Assembly: GCA_023231475.1 (NCBI GenBank)
Contig: JALJEE010002534.1
Location: 1 to 64,000 of the forward strand
Source: Seison nebaliae
Taxonomy: Eukaryota
Length of the DNA: 64,000 bases
Reading direction: 5' to 3'
Shown in pieces: positions 61,116-64,000 of the stretch. Positions within the stretch are counted from its first letter, which is position 1, and every line of letters begins with the position of its first letter. The position numbers and the translations under genes are program-made. Below the pieces are notes generated by a model that made no database searches, was not told where the DNA came from, and saw nothing but the letters and a program-made list of their open reading frames with translations.

Positions 61116-63710
61116 TGTTCCTCCTAGATGGGAAGATAGGAAGAAGGAAGAGAAATTAGGAAGAAGAATTTCTTTTAAAGAATTTTATTTGACATAATTT
61201 CACGAACTAGTTTGTTCGGTGGTTACAAAGTCGAGTAGGGGAAGACAAGCTCATTCGAATGGAACTCAACTCAAACTTAATTCGACTTTCCATACTCAAC
61301 GATTACTTCGAACAAACGGCTTCTATTCCAATTCAACGGAGAACTATCGTTGACAGAACTATCGACTTTATACCATGAATTTCATAGATCGTTGTTCGTT
61401 TCAAATTTAGTAGTTCAACTTGAATTATTCAAATTAGTCCTACTCTGTCCAACTATTCCTCCCAAACCTCTCTCACCCTTCATTAGACATATGTTAAAAT
61501 TTTTTGTAGTTGAAAAAATTTCAAAAAATTCGGATTTGTTGAAAGAATTGGTCGTGCTTTACCATCTCGATGGTGAGTGAAATAAATAATGATTAATTTT
61601 AAATAAGAATAATAGAGATCAGTTGGAAGAATCACATAGTTTCCATGAGATTCATTCAAAAATGTCCGAAATTCGTCCTCGCAATAACGAGAGAATGGAA
61701 ACATGAAAATTGTAGTAAGAGAACGTGTAGGGCCCACCACTGCGCTACATGAAGAGAGGAGATGATGAAAGGAAAGAAATGGAGAGAACATTAATTCTTT
61801 TTTGAAATGAATACAGGTCAGGACATGGAAGAGAAATTGAATAGGAGAAATAAAAATATTTGTATAAGTGAGAAATAAGTGAGACGTTGACGTCTATAAG
61901 AATTTCTTTGAGAATCATTTCGAGAATTCTATATGAAGAAAAGTTGAAAGTAAATACGAAGTAATTTCATCATTTCTACTACACTACTAACGTTAGTCAT
62001 TTGAAATGGGAGGGAGAGGAGACTAAAAAAACCGAACGACTTAGAAATGATGAGAGGAGGGGGACATATCTGTTGTATTATATCTGTTGGGTGGAAGCAG
62101 AAACCATCGAAGCAGATCAATTTTATTCCAGCATGCAATTCATATGTCGCCATTGCATTTTATTTGATGGCATCATCTTCTTAATGTTTGATGGAAGGAA
62201 ATGTTATTGAACAATTCTTCTTCGACATGAGACGAATAATAGATTTGGGTTGGGGAGGGTGAAGAAGAACAGATGTGTTTACGTTGACAATAAGCTCGTC
62301 TCAATAAAGTTTTATATTTCTCATTTGAATGTCGGAGGAGGAAGGGAAGAGGAAGAGAATTTCCAGTGGAGAAAGAAGATATGGTAATTAAAGAGATTAA
62401 TTATAAGTCATCGGCGACTGGAAGGAGAGAAATAGAAATGAGTGGAATCAGAGAACATTATGTTAACGGAAATTCCCCCATCTTCTATTGGAAAGACAGA
62501 TAGATAGATAGATATGTAGACACATAGAAGAAGTTGTTGTTGAAGAAGTTGATGAAGGGGGGGGGGGAACGAATATGTAGATAAACAACAAGAACATCGA
62601 ATCAAATTATATGAATGATGTAAACTTATTAATATAATTGAGATGAGAAGTATCTGAGGGAATTAATTTTCTCATATTCTATTTGTGGTTTCTATCTGAT
62701 GCAAGTGCATATGAAGTGTGGAGGCGGCAACGACGGGTAGCGGCGCTGAGGAGAATAATAGCAATTGCATGTTTAGGGAATTGTTTTTATTGATATGAAA
62801 AACGATGAGGAATCGGATGTGAGATAGTTATCAATCATATTTTCTTTTTATCGATTCTCAATTTCATGTTCTCCTACAACACAACTTTTCAATAAAAACA
62901 TATTCCCATTATTATTAATTTTTCTTCAATTTCACTATCATGAGGGTCGGTCCGTCCATCCATCGGTCGGTCGTTCGGTCGGAGTGTACGGACGCGATCG
63001 CGATGAGACAGAGACAGAGAGAGAGAGACCCACCGAATCATATCGACAACATTTCAACTGTTATTTATTAACAACATCTTCTACTTACTATATCAGATTT
63101 TTATATGTAATACCGTTTGGTAAAGGAAACTCTCTAACAGTAAGTTTGATAGAGAATCGAATCAATATCAAAGAATATGTTATCAGCTTTCGTAGGAAAT
63201 GTTCGAAGTAGTTGTACGTATACATCATTTTCCATCGTCTACACTGTAGACTCTACAGCGTAACAACCCACCAAACAATAGTTAGAATGAAAGGAGAATG
63301 TCAACTTATAAATAAATAATAACTTATAAATATCAATATTATACTCCATCTTTCTTCCAGTCCAAGTTTCTTCTATTCACCACTTTTTAATCCTACCATC
63401 AACTGCCACCATTCTCTCGTCGCTACAACTATCTATTACCTCCCATCGTCTCCTACTATATCTTCTTATTCTTCGTTCTAGGCAAGAATGAGCAACAACG
63501 ACTATAATACTTCAATTAAAAGGAGATTAGTCTAATAAGACACAAACTCACTAAATCAACATTAATACATTGTTAAACGCGATCAATTATCTCTGATATG
63601 CCGTAAGAAATATTATCAATCTTCTTCAATTAATAACATTACATAAATGGAAATCTCTGCTAATTTAACATGTCTCTCGGAAAATAAGACGATCATTCAA
63701 CGAGTCTCCC

Positions 63711-63750
<40 letters not shown>

Positions 63751-64000
63751 CAACTACTACATTGCCATATTAATATGATATTAATATACAATTTCTCTCT
63801 ATGGTTCTGTACGAATTTCTATTTGTCTTATTTCAAAAATAATATTTCCATGTCCGACCTCAACAAATCCGTAAAACTTCGAATTTTCATTCACCGAAAT
63901 TCTGGTGAAACAACCGCCGGAAATTGAAGGAATGATTCCTATTTCCTGTCGAATTCAATATCTCATTTTCTCTCCATACCAATTGGAGAGAAAAGAAAAT

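Noticed and set aside
61350..63211. Short ORFs at the right end
   Set aside because: Low-complexity non-coding texture; I could not build a coherent spliced model
1..64000. Alternative genetic code or stop-codon readthrough to explain the broken ORFs
   Set aside because: The breaks in conserved genes are resolved by GTT..AG introns, and TAA, TAG and TGA all serve as true terminators

Overview
AT-rich, very compact eukaryotic nuclear DNA (almost certainly a small invertebrate metazoan; the species cannot be identified from sequence alone). It holds about 24 protein-coding genes: SRSF7/3-like, CFAP53, NDUFV2, DNAAF4, FBXO4, a sulfotransferase, a LicD/FKRP-type transferase, CFAP61, PFDN6, DNAJC8, CNEP1R1, Ku70, a MAP2K, IFT43, TPCN2, DPY19L, LIN52, ARHGAP32/33, mitochondrial ValRS, a divergent USP-like protease, a Gly/Ala-rich secreted protein, a GALNT and two orphans. 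There are also several decayed non-LTR retrotransposon remnants. The main observation concerns splicing. I reconstructed about 42 introns by hand from reading-frame continuity and protein homology, and all start with GTT; one further intron in an orphan gene starts GTC. None starts GTA or GTG, and there is no +5G or exonic AG consensus. Most introns are 41-77 nt and AAG acceptors are common. At least one GTT intron sits at a position shared with human NDUFV2, which suggests a rewired spliceosomal 5' splice-site code rather than newly inserted introns. Gene models and homology calls come from manual reading and recalled family motifs, not database searches.
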